A DNA stretch of 32,000 nt from Sinorhizobium meliloti (GTDB taxonomy: Bacteria > Pseudomonadota > Alphaproteobacteria > Rhizobiales > Rhizobiaceae): the NCBI RefSeq assembly GCF_017876815.1, contig NZ_JAGIOS010000002.1, positions 960,001 through 992,000 on the forward strand. Reading direction: 5' to 3'. Position numbers and translations under genes: made by a program. Below, in pieces: positions 16,986 to 28,688 of this stretch (position 1 is its first letter; every line of letters starts with the position of its first letter). The notes under the pieces are model-generated. The model did not search any database. It saw only the letters and a program-made list of their open reading frames with translations, and was not told where the DNA came from.

Positions 16986-17105
16986 GCCCTGCCCTTATTC
17001 GGATGTTCGGCGCCGAAAACCGACACTTTCCGCTATATTGCCGCGAGCCGCATTTGCACTGATCCTGCTTGTGAACGAAGGACGTTCAAAGCCGAGGAGG
17101 AACCA

Positions 17106-17675
17106 ATGCTCAAGCTACATCCGTCCATCGACAACGGCTTCCCGCCTGCCAGTCCGGGCTTTGCCGGCGGTACGCTGAAATGCAAATGCGCCTCAAATCC
17201 GGTGACCGTGCGGATCGGCTCGCAGACGGCGCACAACCACGCCTGCGGCTGCACCAAGTGCTGGAAACCCGAGGGTGCCATCTTCGCGCAGATCGCCGTC
17301 GTCGGCCGCGACAACGTGAACGTCACCTCAGGTGCGGAAAAACTGCAGGTCGTCGATCCGAGCGCGACGATCCAGCGTTACGCCTGCCGCGATTGCGGCA
17401 CGCACATGTATGGCAGGATCGAAAACACCAAGCATCCCTTCTACGGCCTCGACTTCGTCCATACCGAACTCAGCGACGAAACGGGCTGGTCGCCGCCCGA
17501 ATTCGCAGCCTTCGTTTCTTCGATCATCGAAAGCGGTGTGAACCCGGAGAGCATGCCGGAGATACGCGCAAGGCTGACCGAGCTCGGCCTGCAGCCCTAT
17601 GATTGTCTGTCTCCGCCGCTGATGGACGCGATCGCCACGCATATCGCCAAACAGACCGGCGCCCTGCCGGCCTGA
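17106..17675 (+). CDS. gfa: S-(hydroxymethyl)glutathione synthase (glutathione-dependent formaldehyde-activating enzyme)
   Basis: ATG 17106 after GAGGAGG (17094-17100). Cys clusters CKC..., CGCTKCW and [11 protein letters not shown] are typical of Gfa zinc sites. 189 aa. Confidence 0.92.
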   Translation: MLKLHPSIDNGFPPASPGFAGGTLKCKCASNPVTVRIGSQTAHNHACGCTKCWKPEGAIFAQIAVVGRDNVNVTSGAEKLQVVDPSATIQRYACRDCGTHMYGRIENTKHPFYGLDFVHTELSDETGWSPPEFAAFVSSIIESGVNPESMPEIRARLTELGLQPYDCLSPPLMDAIATHIAKQTGALPA

Positions 17676-17728
17676 CCCTTTGCACATTGGGGACACCGCG
17701 CCACCAGCCGACCGTCTCCTCCCTCGGA

Positions 17729-17787
17729 CCCCGCCCGTCGCCTCTTGTTGGAGAGGCATTTCGACGGGCGGGGGCTGAGGCGTTTTT
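17729..17787 (+). terminator. Nested GC-rich stem-loop downstream of gfa, followed by T5
   Basis: Outer 12-bp perfect stem ccccgcccgtcg (17729-17740) / cgacgggcgggg (17762-17773). Inner hairpin cctct/agagg. TTTTT lies at 17783-17787, 9 nt after the stem, so spacing is not canonical. Confidence 0.5.
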
Positions 17788-17834
17788 CTCGACGGGCCCC
17801 AGCCTGTGCGCTCGTCTGCCTTGGTATCCTTACA

Positions 17835-17952
17835 TCCTCATTCCTGTGCTTTTCACAGGAATCCAGCCAGACCAAGTCCTTGGGTTGAAAAGACATTCCC
17901 GCGCCGCAGACGCGGCGCCGATGGATCCCTGTGACAAGCACAGGGATGAGGT
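17835..17952. repeat. Composite of family 2 repeats: one full inverted copy plus one forward half-copy around a small GC hairpin
   Basis: 17835-17892 is the reverse complement of the 9664-9722 element. 17921-17952 (atggatccctgtgacaagcacagggatgaggt) repeats its palindromic half in forward orientation. The spacer contains gcgccgc-agac-gcggcgc. Confidence 0.65.
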
Positions 17953-18028
17953 AGAAGGAGGGAGCCTTTGCTCGGCTGTCGTGCATGGTGGCGTATCAGA
18001 AGACGCGTGGCGAGATCGTGAACGTCCA

Positions 18029-18595
18029 TCAAACCTGAAAAGCCGAAATCTTCCATTTGATGGTACAGCCTATGGAAGGCTGCTGCTCGGCCGGTCCCTT
18101 GCCGAACAGCGCGACCATGACCATGGCCTCGTAGAGATCGCGTCTGAGATCGGCAGGACCGATCTCCTTGCGCGAGGCGTCCAGCCGTCCGCGATATTGC
18201 AGCTTCATGTCCTTGTTGAAGCCGAAGAAATCGGGCGTGCAGACGGCGCGGTAGGCCTTGGCGACGGATTGGCCCTCGTCGTGGAGATAAGGAAAGGGCA
18301 GGGCATTTTGCGAAGCGAAGCGCTTCATGTTTTCGAACGAGTCCTGCGGGTAATTGCCGGCGTCGTTGGAGTTAACAGCCACGAAGCCGATTCCATGAGC
18401 CCTGAGGTCGATCGCGTCCCGAACGATCCGGGCGATGACCGCTTTCACATAGGGGCAGTGATTGCAGATAAAGGCAACGACCAGCCCTTTCGGGCCGGCC
18501 TGGCTGAATATGGAGTGGGTGAAGCCATCGACGCCCGGAAGCCTGGCGTCGAACGCGGGCCAGCCGAAATCACAAAGGGGTGGTGTAGCGGCCAT
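18029..18595 (-). CDS. Cytoplasmic thioredoxin-fold protein (AhpC/TSA-redoxin-like) with CNHC motif
   Basis: ATG 18593-18595 lies 3 nt after the rpe stop (18599-18601). Motif VAFICNHCPYV. No signal peptide. Confidence 0.8.
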   Translation of the reverse strand: MAATPPLCDFGWPAFDARLPGVDGFTHSIFSQAGPKGLVVAFICNHCPYVKAVIARIVRDAIDLRAHGIGFVAVNSNDAGNYPQDSFENMKRFASQNALPFPYLHDEGQSVAKAYRAVCTPDFFGFNKDMKLQYRGRLDASRKEIGPADLRRDLYEAMVMVALFGKGPAEQQPSIGCTIKWKISAFQV

Positions 18596-18598
18596 GGC

Positions 18599-19285
18599 TC
18601 ACGCTGCCTTCCTGATCGCGCCGTCGGAGGCGGCGCGGATAGCCGCGATGTTCCTGGCGTAGTGCTCCTCGCTACCGCCCTTGAAGACCGCCGAGCCGGC
18701 AACCAGCACATCGGCCCCGGCCGCGGCAACGAGCGGCGCGGTCTCCGGCGTCACGCCGCCGTCGATTTCTATGTGGATCGGACGGCCGCCGATCATCGAC
18801 CTCACCCGCCGCACCTTGTCGACCACGGCCGGGATGAAATCCTGGCCGCCGAAGCCCGGATTGACCGTCATCAGGAGGACGAGGTCCAGCCGGTCCAGCA
18901 CATATTCGATGACGCTCTCCGGCGTCGAGGGGTTGAGCGATACGCCCGCCTTGCAGCCGACGTCGCGGATGGCCTGCAGCGAGCGATCGAGATGCGTGGT
19001 CGCCTCCGCATGCACGGTGATGATGTCGCAGCCGGCACAGGCGAAGGCGCCGAGGTAGGGCGTGGGTGGTTCGATCATCAGATGGCAATCGAACACCTTG
19101 TCCGTGCGGTCCCGCAACGCCTTAATGACCGGGGGGCCGAAGGTGATGTTGGGCACGAAGTGGCCGTCCATCACGTCGAGATGTATCCAGTCCGCACCGG
19201 CCCGGCACACGGCCTCGACCTCTTCGCCGAGCCGCGAGAAATCGGCCGACAGAACCGAAGGCGCAATGATGGTCTTCTCATTCAT
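18599..19285 (-). CDS. rpe: Ribulose-phosphate 3-epimerase
   Basis: N-terminus [17 protein letters not shown]...[16 protein letters not shown] is the classic Rpe signature. ATGA overlap with the cbbX stop (19282-19285). Confidence 0.93.
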   Translation of the reverse strand: MNEKTIIAPSVLSADFSRLGEEVEAVCRAGADWIHLDVMDGHFVPNITFGPPVIKALRDRTDKVFDCHLMIEPPTPYLGAFACAGCDIITVHAEATTHLDRSLQAIRDVGCKAGVSLNPSTPESVIEYVLDRLDLVLLMTVNPGFGGQDFIPAVVDKVRRVRSMIGGRPIHIEIDGGVTPETAPLVAAAGADVLVAGSAVFKGGSEEHYARNIAAIRAASDGAIRKAA

Positions 19286-20217
19286 GGCGATGTCTCCGTA
19301 TGACTGGGTTCGACCGTGGCGAACACGCGGCTCGCGGCAATGTCCCGCGCCGTGATGGTCGACAGTTGTTCGGCATCGACCGGTCCGGCGCTTTCCTCGA
19401 ACAGGCGGTTCGCCTGCCGCAGCCGGGCCCGGTCGAGCGCGTTTCGGATGGAGCGCGCATTGGCGAAATGCGGCTGGCGCCGGCGGCGCGCGATGTAGTC
19501 GCTCATCACCGCAGACGCCTTGCTGTCGAAGCGGTACCCCTGCCGGCTGAGCATGCTCTCGGCGATCGACAGAAGCTCCCCGTTATCATAGTCGGGGAAG
19601 TCTATGTGGTGGGCGATGCGCGATCGGAAGCCGGGATTGCTCTCGAAAAACCGGTCCATGCGGTCGGCGTAGCCGGCGAGAATCACGACCAGGTCGTCGC
19701 GATTGTTCTCCATCACCTGCAGCAGGATCTCGATTGCCTCCTGGCCGTAATCGCGTTCGTTGTCGGGACGGTAGAGGTAGTAGGCCTCGTCGATGAAGAG
19801 CACGCCCCCCATCGCCTTCTTCAGGATCTCCTTGGTCTTGGGTGCGGTGTGGCCGATATATTGCCCGACCAGATCGTCGCGCGTCACCGACACCAGATGG
19901 CCCTTGCGGATATAGCCGAGCCTGTGCAGCAGGTTGGCCATGCGCAGCGCCACCGTCGTCTTGCCGGTGCCGGGGTTGCCGGTGAAGCTCATATGCAGCG
20001 ACGGCGGCTCATGGCTGAGGCCCATTGCACGGCGGGCCCGCTCGACGAGAAGCAGCGCCGCCGTCTCGCGGATACGCTGCTTCACGGGTTTCAAGCCCAC
20101 GAGTTCCCGGTCCAGTTCGTCGAGGATTTCGGCGACGCCGGAGGCTTGGTATTCCTCAGCGAGGTCGACCGAGGTCGGCAGGCTTTCGGTGTTCGATGGA
20201 GCATCCGGCATCAGCAT
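19282..20217 (-). CDS. cbbX: CbbX, AAA+ red-type RuBisCO activase
   Basis: ATG 20215-20217 preceded by GGAGGAG. Walker [10 protein letters not shown], Walker B VLFIDEAY. 311 aa. Located after cbbLS. The track ORF extends spuriously to 20478. Confidence 0.92.
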   Translation of the reverse strand: MLMPDAPSNTESLPTSVDLAEEYQASGVAEILDELDRELVGLKPVKQRIRETAALLLVERARRAMGLSHEPPSLHMSFTGNPGTGKTTVALRMANLLHRLGYIRKGHLVSVTRDDLVGQYIGHTAPKTKEILKKAMGGVLFIDEAYYLYRPDNERDYGQEAIEILLQVMENNRDDLVVILAGYADRMDRFFESNPGFRSRIAHHIDFPDYDNGELLSIAESMLSRQGYRFDSKASAVMSDYIARRRRQPHFANARSIRNALDRARLRQANRLFEESAGPVDAEQLSTITARDIAASRVFATVEPSHTETSP

Positions 20218-20228
20218 TGTCGCTCCTC

Positions 20229-20618
20229 CTATCGCTGCGTTTCCCACATATAATGCTGGCTGCGGCCGTTGCTCTCCGTCCGGGTCATCCTGAGGCTCGG
20301 CTCGTTTTCGGGACGGTTGACTATGAACGACATCGTCACCGTCTCCAGGCCGCGGCTGGAATCGAAGGCGTTGAGGCGGATATAGTCCTGCGGATGGGCC
20401 TTGCGGCAATCCTCCACCTCCATCATCACGCCTTTGGCGTCCTTGAGGTCGAACATCGGGTTGCCCCACATTTCCCAATAGGTGTTTCTAGGATGAGGGT
20501 CGTCGGTATACTCGACGCCGATAGCCCAACCCTTTCCAAGGCAATATTCCACCTGCGCCGTGATCTGCTCGTCGGTCAGGTCGGGCAGGAACGAGAAGCA
20601 TCCCTGGGTGATACGCAT
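20229..20618 (-). CDS. cbbS: RuBisCO small subunit
   Basis: ATG 20616-20618 after [25 protein letters not shown]...YWEMWG is the typical red-type small-subunit N-terminus. 129 aa. Confidence 0.95.
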   Translation of the reverse strand: MRITQGCFSFLPDLTDEQITAQVEYCLGKGWAIGVEYTDDPHPRNTYWEMWGNPMFDLKDAKGVMMEVEDCRKAHPQDYIRLNAFDSSRGLETVTMSFIVNRPENEPSLRMTRTESNGRSQHYMWETQR

Positions 20619-20659
20619 GTCGTCTCTCCTTCTCTTCTTGTCCGTCAGGTTCGGGTCTG

Positions 20660-23232
<2,573 letters not shown>

Positions 23233-23234
23233 TG

Positions 23235-25319
23235 TCATGCCTCCTCGGATGATCTGACGATGTGGGCGACCGGTTTGCCGGTCCGGGCACCTATGGGCGG
23301 CGTTTCCGGGCATGCCCGGCGGAGAAGCTCCAGGGCTTCTGCGACGACATGGTCGGCGGTAATGCCGAAATGGCGGTAGAGGTCTCCGGCCGGTGCCGAG
23401 GCACCGAAGCCTGTCATCCCGACGAAAGCACTGTCGGGGCCCATCCAACGGTCCCAGCCGAGGCGGCCCGCCGCCTCGATGGCGATGCGCGGTGCATCTC
23501 CGAGGACCTGCCTTTGATAGGCCGCGTCCTGAGCCTCGAACTTCTCCCAGCACGGCATGGAGACCACCGCCGCTGCTATGCGTTCTTCGGCCTGCAGGCG
23601 CTCCGCTGCGGCAACGGCGATCTCGACTTCGGATCCCGTGGCGAGAAGCGTGATATCCCGGTCGCCGCGCGCCTCCATCAGGACATAGGCCCCGAGCGCC
23701 GACAGGTTCTCGTTCCCGTCCGTCCGGCGCAGCATCGGCAGGGCCTGCCGCGAAAGGGCGAGGACGCTCGGCGTGTTCTTCTCGCCAATCGCGATCTCCC
23801 AGCATTCCGCCGTCTCGATGATGTCGGCCGGCCGGAAGACGTTGAGGTTGGGCGTGGCGCGCAGCATGGCCAGATGCTCGACCGGCTGGTGCGTCGGTCC
23901 GTCTTCGCCGAGCCCGATGGAATCATGGGTCAGCACATAGATGACCGGCAGGCCCATCAGGGCCGAAAGGCGCATCGCACCGCGGGCATAGTCGGAAAAG
24001 ACCAGGAAAGTGCCCCCATAGGGGATGAAGCCGCCATGGAGCGCGATGCCGTTCATGGCGGCCGCCATGCCGTGCTCGCGGATGCCGTAATGCAGGTAGC
24101 GGCCCTTGAAATTACCCGGCGAGATGGGCTGGGTCTGCGAGGTCAGCGTCAGGTTCGAACCGGTCAGGTCGGCCGAGCCGCCGATGGTCAAAGCGGTGGC
24201 GCCGTTGATGACCTCCAGAGCCATCTGCGAGGCCTGACGCGTCGCGACCTTCGTAGCCCTTGTGCGATGCGCGCCCCGGAATCTTGCAAGCAGATCGCCG
24301 ACCTCGCCGTCGAGCTGCCGCTCTACGGTCTGCTCGTAGCGCTTTTTCGAGCGCGAAGCGTCAAGGCGGATTTCCCACGCCTCGCGGGCCGTGCGGCCCC
24401 GCGTCGCCACCTTTTCCCAGGCGGCCTTGATCTCGGGCGGAACGAAGAAGGGCGGATGCGGCCAGCCGAGTTTTTCGCGTGTGGCAGCGATCTCCTTTTC
24501 GCCGAGCGCCGCGCCGTGGGTCTTGTGCGAGCCCTCCATGCTGGCGGCACCCTTGCCGATACGGGTGCGGCAGGCGATCAGCGACGGCTTTCGGGTCCGG
24601 CGCGCCCGTTCGATCGCTTTTTCCACCGCGTCGGGGTCGTGGCCGTCGACTGCTTGCGCGTCCCAGCCGGCGGCGCGGAAACGCGCAAGCTGGTTCATCG
24701 AGGTGGAGAGATCGGTCGAGCCGTCGATCGATATCCGGTTGTCGTCCCACAGCACGACGAGCTTGCGCAATTTCAAATGTCCGGCAAGGTCGATCGCCTC
24801 GTGGCTGATCCCCTCCTGCAGGCAGCCGTCTCCGGCTACCACGTAAGTGAAGTGGTTGCAGAGCGCACTGCCGAAGCGGGCGGCCATCATCTGTTCGGCG
24901 ATCGCCATGCCGACAGCGGTCGAGATCCCCTGGCCGAGCGGGCCGGTGGTGGTCTCGATACCGAGGGCATGGCCATATTCGGGGTGGCCGGCCGTTTTCG
25001 AGCCAAGCTGGCGAAAGGATGAAAGCTCGGCCATCGGCATATCGGCGAAGCCGATGAGGTGATGGAGCGAATAGAGCAGCATCGAGCCATGGCCGGCCGA
25101 AAGCACAAAACGGTCGCGGTCCGGCCAGTCGGGGTGTGACGGATCGATCCTGATGAAGCGGTTGAAGAGGACCGTCACCGCGTCGGCCATGCCCATCGGC
25201 ATGCCGGGGTGACCGGAATTGGCCTTCTCGACGGCATCCATGGAAAGAAACCGGATGGCATCGGCCATGCTGCGCTCCGAGGCGGCGGCGCGCGGTCCGA
25301 TCTGCTGCGAAACATTCAT
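23235..25319 (-). CDS. cbbT: Transketolase
   Basis: ATG 25317-25319 after GAGGAGG. ThDP motifs SGHPGMPMG and GDGCLQEG. 694 aa. Confidence 0.95.
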   Translation of the reverse strand: MNVSQQIGPRAAASERSMADAIRFLSMDAVEKANSGHPGMPMGMADAVTVLFNRFIRIDPSHPDWPDRDRFVLSAGHGSMLLYSLHHLIGFADMPMAELSSFRQLGSKTAGHPEYGHALGIETTTGPLGQGISTAVGMAIAEQMMAARFGSALCNHFTYVVAGDGCLQEGISHEAIDLAGHLKLRKLVVLWDDNRISIDGSTDLSTSMNQLARFRAAGWDAQAVDGHDPDAVEKAIERARRTRKPSLIACRTRIGKGAASMEGSHKTHGAALGEKEIAATREKLGWPHPPFFVPPEIKAAWEKVATRGRTAREAWEIRLDASRSKKRYEQTVERQLDGEVGDLLARFRGAHRTRATKVATRQASQMALEVINGATALTIGGSADLTGSNLTLTSQTQPISPGNFKGRYLHYGIREHGMAAAMNGIALHGGFIPYGGTFLVFSDYARGAMRLSALMGLPVIYVLTHDSIGLGEDGPTHQPVEHLAMLRATPNLNVFRPADIIETAECWEIAIGEKNTPSVLALSRQALPMLRRTDGNENLSALGAYVLMEARGDRDITLLATGSEVEIAVAAAERLQAEERIAAAVVSMPCWEKFEAQDAAYQRQVLGDAPRIAIEAAGRLGWDRWMGPDSAFVGMTGFGASAPAGDLYRHFGITADHVVAEALELLRRACPETPPIGARTGKPVAHIVRSSEEA

Positions 25320-25329
25320 GATGTCCTCC

Positions 25330-26199
25330 TCACGACATGCGGTGCTTGCGCTCGAGCAGCTTGTGGATGAGCGGGGTGAAGATCAGCTGCATGGCGAGAT
25401 CGAGCTTGTCGCCCGGCACCACGATGGAATTGGCGCGCGACATGTAGCTGTTGTGCAGCATCGACAGCAGGTAGGGGAAATCGATGCTTTGTGGCTTGGC
25501 GAAGCGGATGACCAGGATGGATTCGGCCGGCGTCGGTATCCAGCGGGCGATAAAGGGATTGGATGTGTCGACGATCGGTACGCGCTGAAAATTGATGTCC
25601 GTCAGGGAGAATTGCGGGCAGATATAGTTCACGTAGTCGGGCATGCGCCGCAGGATGGTGTCGGTCACGGCCTCGGTGGAGTAGCCGCGGGTCGCCTTGT
25701 CGCGATGGATCTTCTGGATCCATTCGAGATTGATCACGGGCACGACGCCGATCTTCAGGTCGCAATGCTGGGCGAGATTGACCGTGTCGGTGACGGCGCA
25801 GCCATGCAGCCCCTCGTAGAAGAGGAGATCACTGTCGCGGAATTCTTCCCAGTCGGTGAACGTGCCGGGGTCCGAACCGAATTTCGCGGCCTCGGCCTCG
25901 TCGTGCACGTAGTGACGGGTGCGGCCGACCCCGCGCCGGCCATATTCGGCGAAGACGCTTTCAAGGATTTCCAGTTCGTTCGCCTCGGCGGAGAAATGCG
26001 TGAAGTCGACGCCTCGGGCTTTCTCCTCCGCTATCTTGCTGCGCATGGTTTCCCGGTCGAAGCGATGAAAGGCATCGCCTTCGATGAAGGACGCCGAAAT
26101 GTTCTCGCGCTTGAATATCTTCTCGAAGGTGTCCTTGACGGTCGTGGTTCCGGCGCCGGACGAACCCGTGATGGAGATGATGGGGAATTTGGCCGACAT
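25330..26199 (-). CDS. cbbP: Phosphoribulokinase
   Basis: ATG 26197-26199 after GAGGAG. P-loop [13 protein letters not shown]. 289 aa. The track ORF start at 26259 is an extension. Confidence 0.95.
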   Translation of the reverse strand: MSAKFPIISITGSSGAGTTTVKDTFEKIFKRENISASFIEGDAFHRFDRETMRSKIAEEKARGVDFTHFSAEANELEILESVFAEYGRRGVGRTRHYVHDEAEAAKFGSDPGTFTDWEEFRDSDLLFYEGLHGCAVTDTVNLAQHCDLKIGVVPVINLEWIQKIHRDKATRGYSTEAVTDTILRRMPDYVNYICPQFSLTDINFQRVPIVDTSNPFIARWIPTPAESILVIRFAKPQSIDFPYLLSMLHNSYMSRANSIVVPGDKLDLAMQLIFTPLIHKLLERKHRMS

Positions 26200-26209
26200 A
26201 TTTTTCTCC

Positions 26210-27259
26210 TCAGGCCCGGAACAGACCGCGCTTGCCGAAGAGCGGAGCGCGTTCGCCAATCATGTTCGGGTCGACGTGATAGCGGGTGATGCGCGCCACC
26301 TCGCGGCGCGAACCGAAAACCAGAGGCACGCGCTGGTGCAGATTTTCCGGAACGAGATCGAGAATGCGGTCGATGGACGTGGTGGCCGCGCCGCCGGCAT
26401 TCTCGATGATGAAGGCGATCGGGTTGGCCTCGTAGACGAGCCGCAGCCGGCCCTGGCTATATCCCTTCCGGCCGTCGGCGGGATAGAGAAAGATCCCGCC
26501 GCGGATGAGGATGCGATAGGTTTCCGCGACGAGCGAGGCGATCCAGCGCATGTTGAAATCCCGCTCGCGCGGGCCCTCGGAGCCTGCCAGGCAGTCGTCG
26601 ACATAGAGCCGGATCGCTTCTTCCCAGTGCCGGTAGTTCGACATGTTGATGGCGAATTCGTGCGAGCGCTCCGGGATGATGGCCGACTTGTAGGCCTCGA
26701 CGAAACATCCGAGCCTGCTGGAGAAGATGAAGATCTCCGTCCCCTTGCCGAGCGACAGGACCAGAGCGGTCTGCGGTCCGTAGATAAAGAAGCCCGCCGC
26801 CAGTTGCCGGTTTCCAGGTTGCAGGAAGGACTGGGAGGGGTCCACGTCCGGCCCCTTGGCGGCGGGAAGCACCGAGAAGATCGTGCCGATGGAAACGTTG
26901 TTATCGATGTTCGAAGAGCCGTCGAGCGGGTCGATGGCAACTGCGAGGCGCGCCGACGGGTCGAGCAGAACCGGATTTTCCAGTTCTTCCGAGGCGTAGC
27001 ATGCGACGGGGGCGCCTTGCAGACACGTCAGGAATTGGTCGTCGCACAGGATGTCGAGATCCTTCTGCAGATCGCCATCCGTGTTGCTGCCGCCGTGGGT
27101 GCCGTTGAAAGCGGTGCCGAGCGCTCCCTGGTTGACGAGCTTGCGGATGTCAAGGGCGGCCTTCGCCAGCCTCTGGATCACGGCGGCGACGTCCCCTGAA
27201 AGGTCGTCGCCGCGGGCCGTGCATGAAGCGAGGTAAGCTTCGAGAGTCGCGCCTGACAT
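26210..27259 (-). CDS. cbbF: Class 1 fructose-1,6-bisphosphatase / sedoheptulose bisphosphatase
   Basis: ATG 27257-27259 after GGAGGAG. The metal-binding region VAIDPLDGSSNID is typical of FBPase class 1. 349 aa. First gene of the cbb operon. Confidence 0.93.
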   Translation of the reverse strand: MSGATLEAYLASCTARGDDLSGDVAAVIQRLAKAALDIRKLVNQGALGTAFNGTHGGSNTDGDLQKDLDILCDDQFLTCLQGAPVACYASEELENPVLLDPSARLAVAIDPLDGSSNIDNNVSIGTIFSVLPAAKGPDVDPSQSFLQPGNRQLAAGFFIYGPQTALVLSLGKGTEIFIFSSRLGCFVEAYKSAIIPERSHEFAINMSNYRHWEEAIRLYVDDCLAGSEGPRERDFNMRWIASLVAETYRILIRGGIFLYPADGRKGYSQGRLRLVYEANPIAFIIENAGGAATTSIDRILDLVPENLHQRVPLVFGSRREVARITRYHVDPNMIGERAPLFGKRGLFRA

Positions 27260-27299
27260 GATGTCTCCTCCACACGCTGTCGAGGGAAGGATGGCGCAA

Positions 27300-27360
27300 A
27301 AGGGGAGTTTGTAAAATTTATTCATTTGACTTCATAAGTTAGATTTCCTTACTTTGGCGC
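27300..27360. promoter_or_regulatory. AT-rich cbbR-cbbF divergent control region with candidate CbbR operator
   Basis: The only strongly AT-rich patch in the window (ttgtaaaatttattcatttgacttcataagttagatttccttactt). TTCAT direct repeats sit 10 bp apart (27321, 27331). Imperfect inverted repeat AAGTTAG-N5-CTTACTT at 27336-27354. Confidence 0.5.
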
Positions 27361-28302
27361 ATGCGCAATGTGACCTTTCGCCAGCTCCGCACCGTCGAAG
27401 CCGTTTGCCGGTTGGGGAAGATCAACCTTGCCGCCGAAGCCTTGGGACTGACCGGACCGGCGCTCACCCTGCAGATCCAGCATCTGGAACGGGACGCCGG
27501 CATTGCGCTCTTCGACCGCACGCGCGGCGGCATGGTGCCCACGGCCTACGGCCTCGCCTTTCTCGAGGCTGCGCGGGCGATCGAGGACAGCCTTACCGCC
27601 CTCGAGGATTCGATCGACGCCATCAAGGGCCTCAGAACCGGGCGGTTGCGCCTCGGGGTCGTGTCGACCGGCAAATATTTCGCGCCGCAGCTGATTGCTG
27701 CCTTTCGCGATCAGGTCCCCGCCGTGGAGATAAATCTCTTCATCGGCAACCGTGCCGAAATCATCGCCAAACTGCGGGACCACGAGATCGACATCGCTCT
27801 GATGGGGCGGCCGCCGCGCGATTTCGAGGTGAGGGCGCAGGTGTTCGGCGATCATCCTCTGGTCTTCATCGCCCCGGCCGGTCACCCGCTCGCAGGCGTG
27901 CTGGAGATTTCACGGGAGCGGATCGCGCAGGAACAGTTCCTGGTGCGCGAAAAAGGATCGGGAACCCGGATATCGCTCGAAATCTTCCTGAGCGACACAC
28001 CGCACGAGCTCGAGGAGCTTGGCACAGAGATCGCTTCGAACGAGACGATCAAGCAGGCCGTCATTGCCGGTCTCGGTATCGCCTTCATCTCGGCGCATAC
28101 GATAGAACAGGAGGTAAAGCTCGGCAGGCTCGTGATCCTCGATGTGATCGACACGCCGATCCGCCGGCAGTGGTTCACCGTGTCGCGCCTGGACCGTGTC
28201 GCCACCCCGGCTATGCAGGCTTTCGAGCGGTTCGTGCTGGCATCCGGCGCGCGCTATCTGCCTGTGGTCAGCAAGCCTTATCCGGCCAACGCATTTGGCT
28301 AG
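27361..28302 (+). CDS. cbbR: LysR-family transcriptional regulator of the cbb operon
   Basis: N-terminal HTH (LRTVEAVCRLGKINLAAEALGLTGPALTLQIQHLE). 313 aa. Divergent from cbbF with a 101-bp intergenic region. Confidence 0.9.
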   Translation: MRNVTFRQLRTVEAVCRLGKINLAAEALGLTGPALTLQIQHLERDAGIALFDRTRGGMVPTAYGLAFLEAARAIEDSLTALEDSIDAIKGLRTGRLRLGVVSTGKYFAPQLIAAFRDQVPAVEINLFIGNRAEIIAKLRDHEIDIALMGRPPRDFEVRAQVFGDHPLVFIAPAGHPLAGVLEISRERIAQEQFLVREKGSGTRISLEIFLSDTPHELEELGTEIASNETIKQAVIAGLGIAFISAHTIEQEVKLGRLVILDVIDTPIRRQWFTVSRLDRVATPAMQAFERFVLASGARYLPVVSKPYPANAFG

Positions 28303-28584
28303 ATGCGAGCTTCATGCGGGCGGAAAGCGGCGTCGACCGACACCTAGGTCGTAATTGTGGGGCACCACATCGCTTGCTACCATGCGCCCAAGAGGAGATT
28401 TTACGATGCCTAAAGCCCGGCCACGGCGCCGCCGGGCTCTGCCGGAGCAGCGAACTGCCGCTCCGGCGCCTTGACCCGGGCAGGACTGCTACAGGTCCTG
28501 CCTGGTTTCATGCCCGCCCCGACCGCAAGGGCGCCTGCCGGAACGGGAGCGAGCACAACGACCCCACGGGCGAATGGAGGAAGT

Positions 28585-28680
28585 ATGGCCTGGCATAAAC
28601 CGAAATTCATCGAAGTCAGCTGCGCTATGGAAATCACCCGCTATGCTCCTGCGGACGGGGATGAACCGATCCTCTTCTGA
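28585..28680 (+). CDS. pqqA: PQQ precursor peptide PqqA (31 aa)
   Basis: ATG 28585 after GGAGGAAG. MAWHKPKFIEVSCAMEITRYAPADGDEPILF carries the conserved Glu-X3-Tyr (E16 at 28630-28632, Y20 at 28642-28644). It sits immediately upstream of pqqB. Confidence 0.9.
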   Translation: MAWHKPKFIEVSCAMEITRYAPADGDEPILF

Positions 28681-28688
28681 AGGCCAGC

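Noticed and set aside
17603-19303. 566-aa plus-strand ORF
   Set aside because: It runs through the intergenic repeats and then antisense to the thioredoxin-fold gene and rpe, both well supported. No RBS, and the composition is low complexity.
23236-23238. Alternative cbbA start ATG overlapping the cbbT stop (ATGA), giving MTMARITL
   Set aside because: The GAGGAGG is only 1-2 nt from this ATG but 7-8 nt from the next ATG (23230-23232), so I prefer the downstream start. Not fully excluded.
28361-28377. Sigma-54-like GGCAC...TTGC upstream of pqqA
   Set aside because: The spacing between GGCAC and TTGC is 8 nt, not the strictly required 5 nt (GG-N10-GC), so it does not fit an RpoN promoter.
28471-28680. 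69-aa ORF containing pqqA
   Set aside because: Only the last 31 codons (from ATG 28585, behind GGAGGAAG) correspond to PqqA. The upstream part crosses the structured leader and has no RBS.
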